Of a DNA stretch of 64,000 nt, positions 1 through 8,119 are shown piece after piece. The stretch is from an uncultured Desulfobulbaceae bacterium (GTDB lineage: Bacteria > Desulfobacterota > Desulfobulbia > Desulfobulbales > BM004): positions 2,262 through 66,261 of the forward strand of contig CALZHP010000004.1 in assembly GCA_945787325.1 (NCBI GenBank), given 5' to 3'. The notes beneath the pieces are model-generated. The model ran no database searches and was not told the origin of the DNA. It was given only the letters and a program-made list of their open reading frames with translations. Position 1 is the first letter of the stretch. Each line of letters opens with the position of its first letter. The position numbers and the translations under genes were made by a program.

Positions 1-1
1 G

Positions 2-988
2 CTTGAAGAAGCAAACCGCCATCTGCAACAACAAGCAGATCATTGCATTTTATTGTGCGGTATGCTTGGTGGATCACCGGCAATGCAGAAGGTGTTTTCT
101 TTCGTCAGAAAAGTGAGTGGTAATGATTATCCGGTTCTTGTCACCGGAGGTTCAGGAACCGGCAAGGAGATGGTCGCCCACGCCATCCATGAGCTCAGTC
201 CCAGAGATAAAAAACCATTTGTAATAATAAACTGTGGGGCAATTCCTGAAAATCTTCTGGAAAGTGAATTGTTTGGTCATGAGAAGGGGTCCTTTACCGG
301 AGCGGTGTCCAGAAACATTGGGAAATTTGAGCAGGCAGATACCGGGACAATATTTCTCGATGAGATAGGAGAACTGCCTCTTGGCATGCAGGTAAAAATT
401 TTACGCTGTCTTCAGGAAGGTACCATTGAACGTGTAGGAGGGAACAAGACACTATCTCTGGATGTCCGCGTTGTAGCAGCAACAAATGTCGACTTGAAAG
501 ATGCTGTATCAAAAGGAACTTTCAGGGAAGATCTTTATTTTCGATTGAATGTAGTTCCTGTAAAATTGCCGCTTTTAAGCGAAAGGCCGGAAGATATTAT
601 TATGCTGGCCCAACATTTTCTTCAAACAGAGGCAAAGGTTCTTAAAGCAGGAAATGTATCTTTTTCTCCAAGTGCTATTGCCGCCCTGTCAGCCCACTCA
701 TGGCCAGGAAATGTCCGCGAGCTGCAGAATCGTATCCGTCGGGCTCTTTCGATTCTCTCTGGCCAGGTGATTACACCAGAAGACTTGGGGTTGGATGAGG
801 GACAGGAGGATACTGAAGAACAAAGACTTCTCACACTGCAGGAAGCACGCGAACAGGCAGAGAAACGGTGTGTTCAACATGCACTGATCCTAACCGGCAA
901 TAATATCAGCCAGGCAGCCAAACTGCTCGCTACCAGCCGCCCCACCCTCCATGATCTGATCAAGAAGCATAAAATTAACCAAGTCTAG
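2..988 (+). CDS. prsR: sigma-54-dependent enhancer-binding response regulator, 5'-truncated by the window edge; PrsR-like (PEP-CTERM-box regulator)
   Basis: The reading frame is open to the window edge. It has Walker A GGSGTGKE, the sigma-54 contact loop GSFTGA, Walker B FLDEIGE and a C-terminal Fis-type HTH (ISQAAKLLATSRPTLHDLIKK). The PrsR assignment rests on context: a PrsK-like kinase and PEP-CTERM genes lie nearby. Confidence 0.8.
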   Translation, partial: LEEANRHLQQQADHCILLCGMLGGSPAMQKVFSFVRKVSGNDYPVLVTGGSGTGKEMVAHAIHELSPRDKKPFVIINCGAIPENLLESELFGHEKGSFTGAVSRNIGKFEQADTGTIFLDEIGELPLGMQVKILRCLQEGTIERVGGNKTLSLDVRVVAATNVDLKDAVSKGTFREDLYFRLNVVPVKLPLLSERPEDIIMLAQHFLQTEAKVLKAGNVSFSPSAIAALSAHSWPGNVRELQNRIRRALSILSGQVITPEDLGLDEGQEDTEEQRLLTLQEAREQAEKRCVQHALILTGNNISQAAKLLATSRPTLHDLIKKHKINQV

Positions 989-1499
989 ACATAATCAATT
1001 GTAAAATTTAATAACGAACCGTCCAAATGTTTTTAATACTGGGATAATATGTGATGGTCCACTGCCCGGACAGTATGTGCATATTAATCGATTTCCCGCA
1101 TGACTAATGTTGATAAGGCTTAACCTGAAACTGTAAAACTTTCTGACAGTAGTTGTTGGTATGCATTTGTTCTGCGGTTCGATATATAATTAGATCTCCA
1201 GCTCTGTTAATGAACAGTCAACACAGGTTTCTTTTGTTTCAGTTATTTCTTAATCTTCACTAAGTTGTTGTAAAATTGTTTTTTTTAAATATGCTCACAG
1301 GGATATAAGTGTATTCCATTTTTCAAAACAAACAGGCCATGTCGACGAAATAGACCTGTCAGTTTTTTTTACACCGGCAGAATTGGCGGTATAGAATTCA
1401 AAATAAAATTTAGTTTATCAATAAATGTTCTAAATCTCATAGCCCATCAATAGCGTGTTTAGAAAGATATTATATGGTTTTCTTGATTACATGGTCAAC

Positions 1500-1514
1500 T
1501 GGCACATCAATTGC
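1500..1514 (+). promoter_or_regulatory. sigma-54 (-24/-12) promoter of PEP-CTERM gene 1
   Basis: TGGCAC-atcaa-TTGC matches the GG-N10-GC consensus exactly. It lies about 85 nt upstream of the ATG at 1598. Confidence 0.75.
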
Positions 1515-1597
1515 TACTCAATCTTTAAATATTGAACAATTAGATATTGCTTTTAAATATATTTAAGGACGAAATAATAACAAATGGAGATAAAACC

Positions 1598-2149
1598 ATG
1601 AAAAAGAAACTTTTTACAGGATTGGTAACCGGGATGTTCCTGGCAGGCATGGTTAGCATGGCGAATGCAAACATCATTGATATGTTTGGATATATTAATG
1701 AAAGCCATAATGTAGATTACCAATATTTTAGTCTTGATACAGCTGGATCGGTAACAGTTGTTATGGAAACATTTGATGCTCAATTTGATCCAGTAATGTA
1801 TCTCTTCCAAGATGATGGATCCTTAGATAGTTCTGATTTAATTGATTCAAATGATGATGGGGGGAGCACTCCAGCAGCAACATTCCGAAATTCATTGATC
1901 ATGCAACCCTTAGCTGCAGGAAACTATCTCACTGCTGTCTCGAGTTTTTTATTTTCTCTAGATGAAGCCATTAGCGGAGTGAACGGTGTTGAATATATTA
2001 ATGATGGCTCATATCGTTTAAATATAATGTCTTCTCAAACATTAACATCAAGATCAGGCTCTGTCCCCGAACCAGCCACCATGCTGCTGATGGGTACCGG
2101 TCTTGTAGGGCTGGCAATTACACGTCGCAGAAAAGCTAATAAAAAATAA
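1598..2149 (+). CDS. PEP-CTERM sorting-domain secreted protein 1
   Basis: Signal peptide MKKKLFTGLVTGMFLAGMVSMANA. The C-terminus VPEPATMLLMGTGLVGLAITRRRKANKK gives the PEP motif, a TM helix and a basic tail. A GGAG sits upstream of the ATG. The ORF-track start at 1547 is an upstream TTG. Confidence 0.9.
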   Translation: MKKKLFTGLVTGMFLAGMVSMANANIIDMFGYINESHNVDYQYFSLDTAGSVTVVMETFDAQFDPVMYLFQDDGSLDSSDLIDSNDDGGSTPAATFRNSLIMQPLAAGNYLTAVSSFLFSLDEAISGVNGVEYINDGSYRLNIMSSQTLTSRSGSVPEPATMLLMGTGLVGLAITRRRKANKK

Positions 2150-2200
2150 AGCGCGACACTTGTTAGCTTTAATGAGCTAACAAGACGAAATCTCTAAAAA

Positions 2201-2234
2201 GCCTGAATCGGAAAACTCCGATTCAGGCTTTTTT
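2201..2234 (+). terminator. intrinsic terminator
   Basis: GCCTGAATCGG-aaaact-CCGATTCAGGC followed by TTTTTTG. The same stem recurs at 6814. Confidence 0.8.
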
Positions 2235-2340
2235 GTGTTAGTTGAGCTTTATTTGTCAAGCAGATTGACAACTTTTAAAAAGATTTCGGTTTGATAAAGT
2301 ATTGGATCAAGAGCTTAAAATGAGTGTCGAAATAATATTC

Positions 2341-2719
2341 TCATTCCCTTCGACGCATTGAGATATTCTGAAAATTCAACTGATTATCAGATGTTGTTAT
2401 TATCGGTACAGACTCTATCCGTGGATTATCACCAAAAAGTATACAGATTTCAGTTGCATTGACTGCTAACTTTTTTTCACCAAATATCGGAAAGAAAGAC
2501 CGCTCTTGCTGATATCAACTACTTGAATTAGTGCCGGTTATGGCCTGTTTGATTTATACGATAATTCGCTCCTTTTCCGAAAAACGTGTATGAACCTTTG
2601 GCTCGTAGATTTCCTTCCATCTCCATACGCCCACCTCTAGAACCTGGGAATCCCCTTACACAATAAAAATGAAATTTCCCATAAACGGGGATCGCAATTA
2701 ACCCGATAAAACTTGTCAT
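2341..2719 (-). pseudogene. decayed PilZ-domain paralogue (copy A)
   Basis: The C-terminal half reads NATEICILFGDNPRIESVPIITTSDNQLNFQNISMRRRE*. The N-terminal half (VDISKSGLSFRYL) lies in another frame, with the shift in an A-run. Both are clearly homologous to the intact PilZ gene at 6968..7342. Confidence 0.7.
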
Positions 2720-3119
2720 CTTGTAATAAAGAATTTATTTGAAAAACTAAGATTTTTCGACACCTTAATTATGCAGTAAAAGAAACCCCAGGAAGGATCA
2801 ATACTTCTAATTATTGAAATCTCCATTTATTCTAAAGACTTAAAGGTTGGACACGTACAATTTTCTTCTGGCGATGATTATATCGAAAACCTCAGTATTG
2901 AGGAGGTTCATACGGAGAAAGATAAGCAGAGACTTCTTGCGTTGCAGTATGCGCTGGTTCAGTCTGAGAAACCCTGTGTACAAAAGGCACTTGCCATGAC
3001 GAGAAAAATACCAACTAGACAGACAAACTGCTTGTCAACATTCGCCTTAAGTCTATAGTCTGAAAGAACTAATCAAAGAACACAAGGTCGACTATCTTAG
3101 AAAAATAGCCAAACAACAA

Positions 3120-3979
3120 ATGATAATGTCATTTTCACAGAAACAAACTTTAACCACTATTGCGGGTACCACTCACTTTGCAAGTCAATGGACTGTAAGC
3201 ATCATTTTATTGTCTGTTATTCTCAGTAGTTCACTCCCCCTGACAGCCGCCGCAGCCAGGTCGGCCGAAGATATTTTGGTGGTTTATAACTCGGCTATAC
3301 TGGCCAGCCAAGAGGTTGCAGAACACTATAAAAAAAAAGAAAAATACCTCCGGAAAACGTGCTGGGCCTTTCCCTTCCTGATGCAGAGCAGATCTCCCGA
3401 CAGGAGTATGATCTGGAACTTGTAAAACCTCTCAGGGCACATATTCAAAAGCTCAGGGCAAAGGGCAGTAAGCCTGTCATTCTGCTGGTCTACGGTATCC
3501 CACTAATAATAAGAGAAGAAGCCGGCCAAGAGGGAAAAGCATCTGACAAGACCTCGGTTGCGGTGGACAGCGAACTTAACTTGATCCTGGATTACCGCTA
3601 TCCGAAGGCCGTCTGACTGCCCAACATGTTTCTCCCCAAATTCCACTCCCTGCCGGAGATCGAGGCCATCCGGTATAATTTAATAATGGTAGCAAGAATC
3701 GACGGACCGACACCGGCCATTGCCAAACGCCTGGTCGACGATGCTATAACAGTTGAAGAGAAGGGGTGACCGCCAACCTGGGTCCAGTACAGGAGCCATA
3801 TCTACAATCCTTCCCTCTGCCCGATGTCTTCTTCCCACTCCTGATGAGCGGACGGCTTCCCTTGGTAGAAGGTCTATTACAACAGCATCCCCAACCTTTC
3901 CTGGAGGCAAGTCCTAATCGGCCACCCGCTTTACACGCCATTTAATAACAAACCAGCCATTGATGAACCGTCAGAGTAA
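3120..3979 (+). pseudogene. decayed secreted protein gene (TIGR03790-like family, name recalled from memory)
   Basis: Signal peptide plus ILVVYNS..EVAEHYKKK, then a frameshift in an A9 tract (3330-3338) into KKRKIPPENVLGLSLPD. There are in-frame TGA codons at 3614 and 3767, and later stops. The original C-terminus GHPLYTPF is still readable near 3917-3979. Confidence 0.65.
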
Positions 3980-4307
3980 TTCTCTTTTACATTCAAGAAA
4001 TCCCAAGGAGCTGTTACAAAATATGCTGAGTGACGATGTGGATACCTTACTCCTGATGGACCCTTTATAACTCCTGAAGTTATCAACAGGGCATAATAAA
4101 ATTCAATACATTACGGGCGCATCACCAGTTCGAATCCGGCTTTTACGCGCCCGAAGGAAGAACCCCTGGAGTGATGCCGACAAAATATGTAATCGAGTAT
4201 TTCCACAGTGATACCTAGTCAAACTGTCAGCCAATCAACAAATAAACGATATCCATAGGTCAAGTGTAAAATATTCTGACATCAACTGTTTTACCTGTGG
4301 CAGCGAC

Positions 4308-4340
4308 AAAAAAATCCCCTGCACCGAAGTACAAGGGATT
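4308..4340 (-). terminator. intrinsic terminator of PEP-CTERM gene 2
   Basis: The minus-strand RNA forms CCCUUGUAC-UUCG-GUGCAGGGG followed by a U7 run. Confidence 0.7.
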
Positions 4341-4364
4341 TAATGATACTATAAAAAAATCAGA

Positions 4365-5093
4365 TTAAGATTTGTTGGATTTTTTTCTGCGGGCCGCGGC
4401 AAGACCAACCAGACCGGTACCGAAGAGAAGCATGGTGGAAGGCTCAGGTACAGAGTTAGATGTAGATTCGTAAGCAACCGCGACTTGTCCGGGAGACGGG
4501 TTGGCATAAGTTACCAGCGCAGTTCCTCCGGTTATACCACCTACATAATTACCACTAAAACTGGTCACGCCGGCCATCAGCGGATCAGCAGCAATGCTCA
4601 CAAGACCAGTAGATGCTACGCCGCCAACATTGAAAGACATTGAGCTGCCAAGATAGGACAGGATTCCGTTGGCATTATTATTGATAGTGTCATAAATTGG
4701 TCCTTCTCCGATTACAACAAGATTGCCACCACCGTCTATAAAAGTCGAAAGCAGTGCAAGTTCAGTAGCGCTCCAGGCGTCATTGGTAGAGGCAACAACC
4801 CACTCCATGTCAACCAAAGCACTCGCAGACATGGCTCCAGAAGAAAAATTGCCACCATTAGCACCGATACGGCTTGACCAGTTGGTAAGAGTCCAATTAC
4901 TGGATGCTGTTCGTCCAAATACGTCATCCCCATTAAAAAGGTTGCTGAAAAACTGATCATTTATGCTACTACCAATATTACTGTCAGCAACGCTAATGAT
5001 GTTTGCGTTCACGCTAGACACCGAAAATATTAACATAGTAGTGATTACTACCAGCATCAATGAAAGCGGTTGGGTTTTTCTTAGTTGGATCAT
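4365..5093 (-). CDS. PEP-CTERM sorting-domain secreted protein 2
   Basis: Signal peptide ending SVNA. The C-terminus is VPEPSTMLLFGTGLVGLAAARRKKSNKS. A strong AAGGAGG RBS precedes the ATG. Confidence 0.9.
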   Translation of the reverse strand: MIQLRKTQPLSLMLVVITTMLIFSVSSVNANIISVADSNIGSSINDQFFSNLFNGDDVFGRTASSNWTLTNWSSRIGANGGNFSSGAMSASALVDMEWVVASTNDAWSATELALLSTFIDGGGNLVVIGEGPIYDTINNNANGILSYLGSSMSFNVGGVASTGLVSIAADPLMAGVTSFSGNYVGGITGGTALVTYANPSPGQVAVAYESTSNSVPEPSTMLLFGTGLVGLAAARRKKSNKS

Positions 5094-5162
5094 GGTGTCC
5101 TCCTTATTATTTTAAATTTTACCAATTTTTTACCAATTTAAATTAAATTATGTCATTTTAAT

Positions 5163-5177
5163 GCATCAAACATGCCA
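5163..5177 (-). promoter_or_regulatory. sigma-54 (-24/-12) promoter of PEP-CTERM gene 2
   Basis: The minus strand reads TGGCAT-gtttg-ATGC, with GG-N10-GC spacing preserved. It lies about 70 nt upstream of the ATG at 5093. Confidence 0.6.
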
Positions 5178-5301
5178 GAATTGTAACATGCCGATTTGCC
5201 TGGATAATTCAAGATATGCATTTAGTTGACTAGCAAAATTGGAAATATTTCCGACACCCAGATACAAACCATGATTATTTGCTTCCTTCTATAATATTGT
5301 G

Positions 5302-5660
5302 TTATTTTGATATGTTAGGCACGTCTCCTATGAAGCAGTTTAAATATATCTCGTATTTTACCAAAACGGGCCCAAATTTGGTGTCGAAATATTTTACACA
5401 TCCCCTTCTACGCATGGAGATATTCTCAAAATTCAATTGATTATCAGATGTTGTTTTCATCGGCACAGACTCAATCCATGGGTTATCACCTAGAAGTCTA
5501 CAGATTTCAGTTGCATTGCCTGCCATCTTTTCTTAACCAAGATACCGGAAAGAAAGTCCACCCTAACTGATATCAATAACATGATACATGGCACCGGTTG
5601 TACTTTGACCCACTAAAACAGTTTTTCGCTTCTTAACCGAAAACAGTGCACAGATTTATA
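5302..5660 (-). pseudogene. decayed PilZ-domain paralogue (copy B)
   Basis: Reads SVKKRKTVLVGQSTTGAMYHVIDIS*GGLSFRYLG*EKMAGNATEICRLLGDNPWIESVPMKTTSDNQLNFENISMRRRG. There are two in-frame stops relative to the intact copy. The native C-terminal roughly 20 codons are deleted and replaced by read-through. Confidence 0.75.
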
Positions 5661-5912
5661 TCTCAGGATTTTTTCCGTCCTACAAGATATCTATTTAAAA
5701 AATACAGGAACTTTGTCACAGTAAGCTTGGCAATTTTCACTGTACTGGATTTGCACAGTTAAGCTGACAAACACTTATTCTGCTGATTAATAAAGCATAA
5801 CACTTAATTACATTTCTCCACGAAACATCCAGATGTGGATTTTTTCAAAATATTTCCTGAGATAAAGTTACATTTTCAGGAAAATACTTACTTATATGAT
5901 GATTTTTTTCGG

Positions 5913-5938
5913 ATATCTGTAATTCAAATTACAGATAT
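5913..5938. promoter_or_regulatory. perfect 12-bp inverted repeat, candidate enhancer (UAS) or operator
   Basis: ATATCTGTAATT-ca-AATTACAGATAT, located about 115-140 nt upstream of the sigma-54 promoter at 6051. Confidence 0.3.
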
Positions 5939-6050
5939 ATGAAAATAAAATGTCCGTGTTTTTTACAACAGCATTAAATGGTATGCTTTACACCTCGTCA
6001 TTAGCGTGATTACAGACTATTCAATAATTTTATTATCTCTTAATTGGAAA

Positions 6051-6066
6051 TGGCATAGTATATGCT
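6051..6066 (+). promoter_or_regulatory. sigma-54 (-24/-12) promoter of PEP-CTERM gene 3
   Basis: TGGCAT-agtat-ATGCT, with GG-N10-GC spacing preserved. It lies about 75 nt upstream of the ATG at 6142. Confidence 0.6.
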
Positions 6067-6141
6067 TAATAATGAACACATATATAATTTGAGATATTTT
6101 ATTTATGATATTGGTAAGCTAATAAAAATTTGGGGATACAG

Positions 6142-6762
6142 ATGAAGAAGGCAATGATTAGTTTAACTTCCATGTTTTTGGTAGTTGGCTTGATTGGAGT
6201 TGCAAATGCGACGTTGATCAATTTCGATTTTACCGGCGGTGACAATACATGGAATACAGACAGTGCAATTTTTACAGGTGATGACGGTTCAACAAGGACT
6301 CGAGCTACTGCTATTCCTTCCAGCAGTAGAAACCTTTATTTAGGTCAAGATGGTCTTGGTGTCTACGGTTTTCGTGACAGCGCTGAATATGATGATGCGC
6401 AAGTCGATGGATATCAAATTAATGAATGGATTAATTTTGACTTTCGTAGTCCTGTCAGATTGGTTTCAGCAAGTTTTAGTCATGTTGGCTCCAACGATGA
6501 TTTTGCCTTTTATGCCAATGGTAGATATTTCCAAAGTACAGACATCCCAAATAGTCATACATATACGTTCCAACAGACATGGATATCGAGTCGCTTTTGG
6601 ATCGGTGCAGTTGCTGATAACGATGATTTTTTCATATCAGGTATACAAATTGACGATGGTGCACATGGTGCCCCTGTTCCCGAACCAGCCACTATGATGC
6701 TGATGGGCACAGGTCTTGCCGGTCTAGCGTTCTCCCGTCGTAAAAAAGCAAATAAAGCGTAA
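6142..6762 (+). CDS. PEP-CTERM sorting-domain secreted protein 3
   Basis: Signal peptide MKKAMISLTSMFLVVGLIGVANA. The C-terminus is VPEPATMMLMGTGLAGLAFSRRKKANKA. The ORF-track start at 6130 is an upstream TTG. Confidence 0.9.
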   Translation: MKKAMISLTSMFLVVGLIGVANATLINFDFTGGDNTWNTDSAIFTGDDGSTRTRATAIPSSSRNLYLGQDGLGVYGFRDSAEYDDAQVDGYQINEWINFDFRSPVRLVSASFSHVGSNDDFAFYANGRYFQSTDIPNSHTYTFQQTWISSRFWIGAVADNDDFFISGIQIDDGAHGAPVPEPATMMLMGTGLAGLAFSRRKKANKA

Positions 6763-6813
6763 TGAATGAAATGAGTTGGCAATACTGAGATGACTTAAAT
6801 ATTCAAAGATAAA

Positions 6814-6847
6814 GCCTGAATCGGAGTAATCCGATTCAGGCTTTTTT
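6814..6847 (+). terminator. intrinsic terminator (paralogous to the one at 2201)
   Basis: GCCTGAATCGG-agtaat-CCGATTCAGGC followed by TTTTTT. Confidence 0.8.
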
Positions 6848-6967
6848 CATATATATTGTAAGATTTTTGGGATAGTCCAATCGATATTCAGCTTTGGGTA
6901 TGGTTGTGATCCGTTTTGTTCTCAAATTTAAAGGTGGCACGTGTGTCAAAATATTTTACACATCCCT

Positions 6968-7342
6968 TTATGTGTCTACCCTTTGCATAAATTCCTCAAG
7001 CTGAGACTTCTGAGCGGAGGTAAGTGAATCGAACTGTAATCCCCTCCGACGCATGGAGATATTGTCAATATTAAAGTGAATATCAGACGTGGTTTTTATC
7101 GGAACCTTCTCCAACCATATATTGTCATTAAGAAGAATGCTAAGTTCACTCACATTGTTAGCCAACTCTTGCTCACCAAGATATCGGAAAGCAAGACCGA
7201 CCTTGCTGATATCAACAACATGATAAAGGGCACCGGTTGTCTTTTGGCCTACTAAAACAAGAATACGCTTCTTTACAGACAAGCGTTTATGGGCCCTTCT
7301 TTCATTGATTTGTTTATTAGCTTCCACAATACCCCCCTTCAT
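6968..7342 (-). CDS. PilZ-domain protein (c-di-GMP receptor family), the intact copy
   Basis: Both PilZ motifs are present: an RxxxR-type ERRAHKR and DISKVGLAF (D/NxSxxG). Confidence 0.8.
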   Translation of the reverse strand: MKGGIVEANKQINERRAHKRLSVKKRILVLVGQKTTGALYHVVDISKVGLAFRYLGEQELANNVSELSILLNDNIWLEKVPIKTTSDIHFNIDNISMRRRGLQFDSLTSAQKSQLEEFMQRVDT

Positions 7343-7721
7343 ATCAGGAAATATGATGCATTCACAACAAACATTGTGCCCATCAACGGGGATTTATAAT
7401 ATTACATTATATCATCGGCACATTACTGCCCGCCCTATGCCTTTTATAATTGCCCGATTGAGATAGACACCCTTACAGGTTACTCTTTTCAGTACCCCAT
7501 AGAGGTATAAATATCGACTTCGAGTACCCATGGGTAATGCCCGCAAATTCCCTTTCTAAAAGTTTAGTTCCAACACCTCAAAACTTTTCATGCAATAATA
7601 TTGCCAGTCATTTATCAGGCTGATATTATTGAATATAACTTATCGAAAACTTAATTTAATTTATGAGGCATAATTCATGTGTAAATATTTCTGACACTAG
7701 TTAACGATTTAGATATAAATC

Positions 7722-8112
7722 GTTGGCGTAGAACGCAGGGCTTAGGGCGCAAGGTCTATAAAATGAAAATTGAATAAATAAATGGCGTAAGGCTTAAGGC
7801 ATAGGGCGTAAGGCAGAATATTGAATATTGAAAAATGAATAATTGGGAGTTAAAGGTGTAGTATCCTGATAACATTCCACTAATATTAGGTACATGCCAT
7901 TTTACAATTCCCCCCTAAACCCTATGCCTTTTATTTATTCAATATTGTCCGCCTCACGCAAAAACGCTCCGCCGAAAGGTATCAAGCCTATACAAAATTT
8001 AATCTCACTTGCCCCGTTAATAACAACGCAACTTTACGTTATTGTAGCAATCTGCAATTTTCAATATTCAATATTCAATTTTCATTATAAAGGCCCTACG
8101 CCATTTAATTAT
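7722..8112. repeat. mosaic of short dispersed repeat modules in both orientations
   Basis: Modules seen: AATATTGAATATTGAA (7817-7832) and its reverse complement (8060-8076); GGCGTA(A/G)GGC (7784, 7805) and its reverse complement GCCCTACGCC (8093); CCTATGCCTTTTA (7435, 7921); ATGAAAATTGAATA (7763) and its reverse complement (8075). Confidence 0.7.
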
Positions 8113-8119
8113 CCATTCT

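Noticed and set aside
1331-1372. A hairpin plus T8 run in the prsR-to-cargo intergenic region, considered as a possible orphan terminator or sRNA 3' end.
   Set aside because: The stem is only 5-6 bp with a mismatch (ACAGGCC/GACCTGT), and there is no recognisable upstream promoter. The evidence is insufficient.
4115-4152. A tRNA-like fragment: GTTCGAATCC (a T-loop-like sequence) enclosed by GGGCGC...GCGCCC.
   Set aside because: The bases flanking TTCGAAT do not pair into a T-stem, and there are no D or anticodon arms. At most it is a degraded tRNA 3' remnant, and it cannot be called a tRNA or an att site from sequence alone.
6350-6697. A 115-aa alternative-frame ORF inside PEP-CTERM gene 3, and the 54475..54717 ORF overlapping the copA 3' end.
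   Set aside because: Both are nested in or overlapping genes with clear signal, sorting or catalytic motifs, and they have no features of their own.
7364-7384. A sigma-54-like element upstream of the intact PilZ gene. The minus strand reads TGGGCAC-aatg-TTTGT.
   Set aside because: The -12 element is GT instead of the near-invariant GC. The site is also only about 25 nt from the start codon, which is too weak to call.
7722-8112. The possibility that the short repeats form a CRISPR array.
   Set aside because: There is no constant repeat length, no regular spacer periodicity and no cas genes. The modules occur in both orientations.
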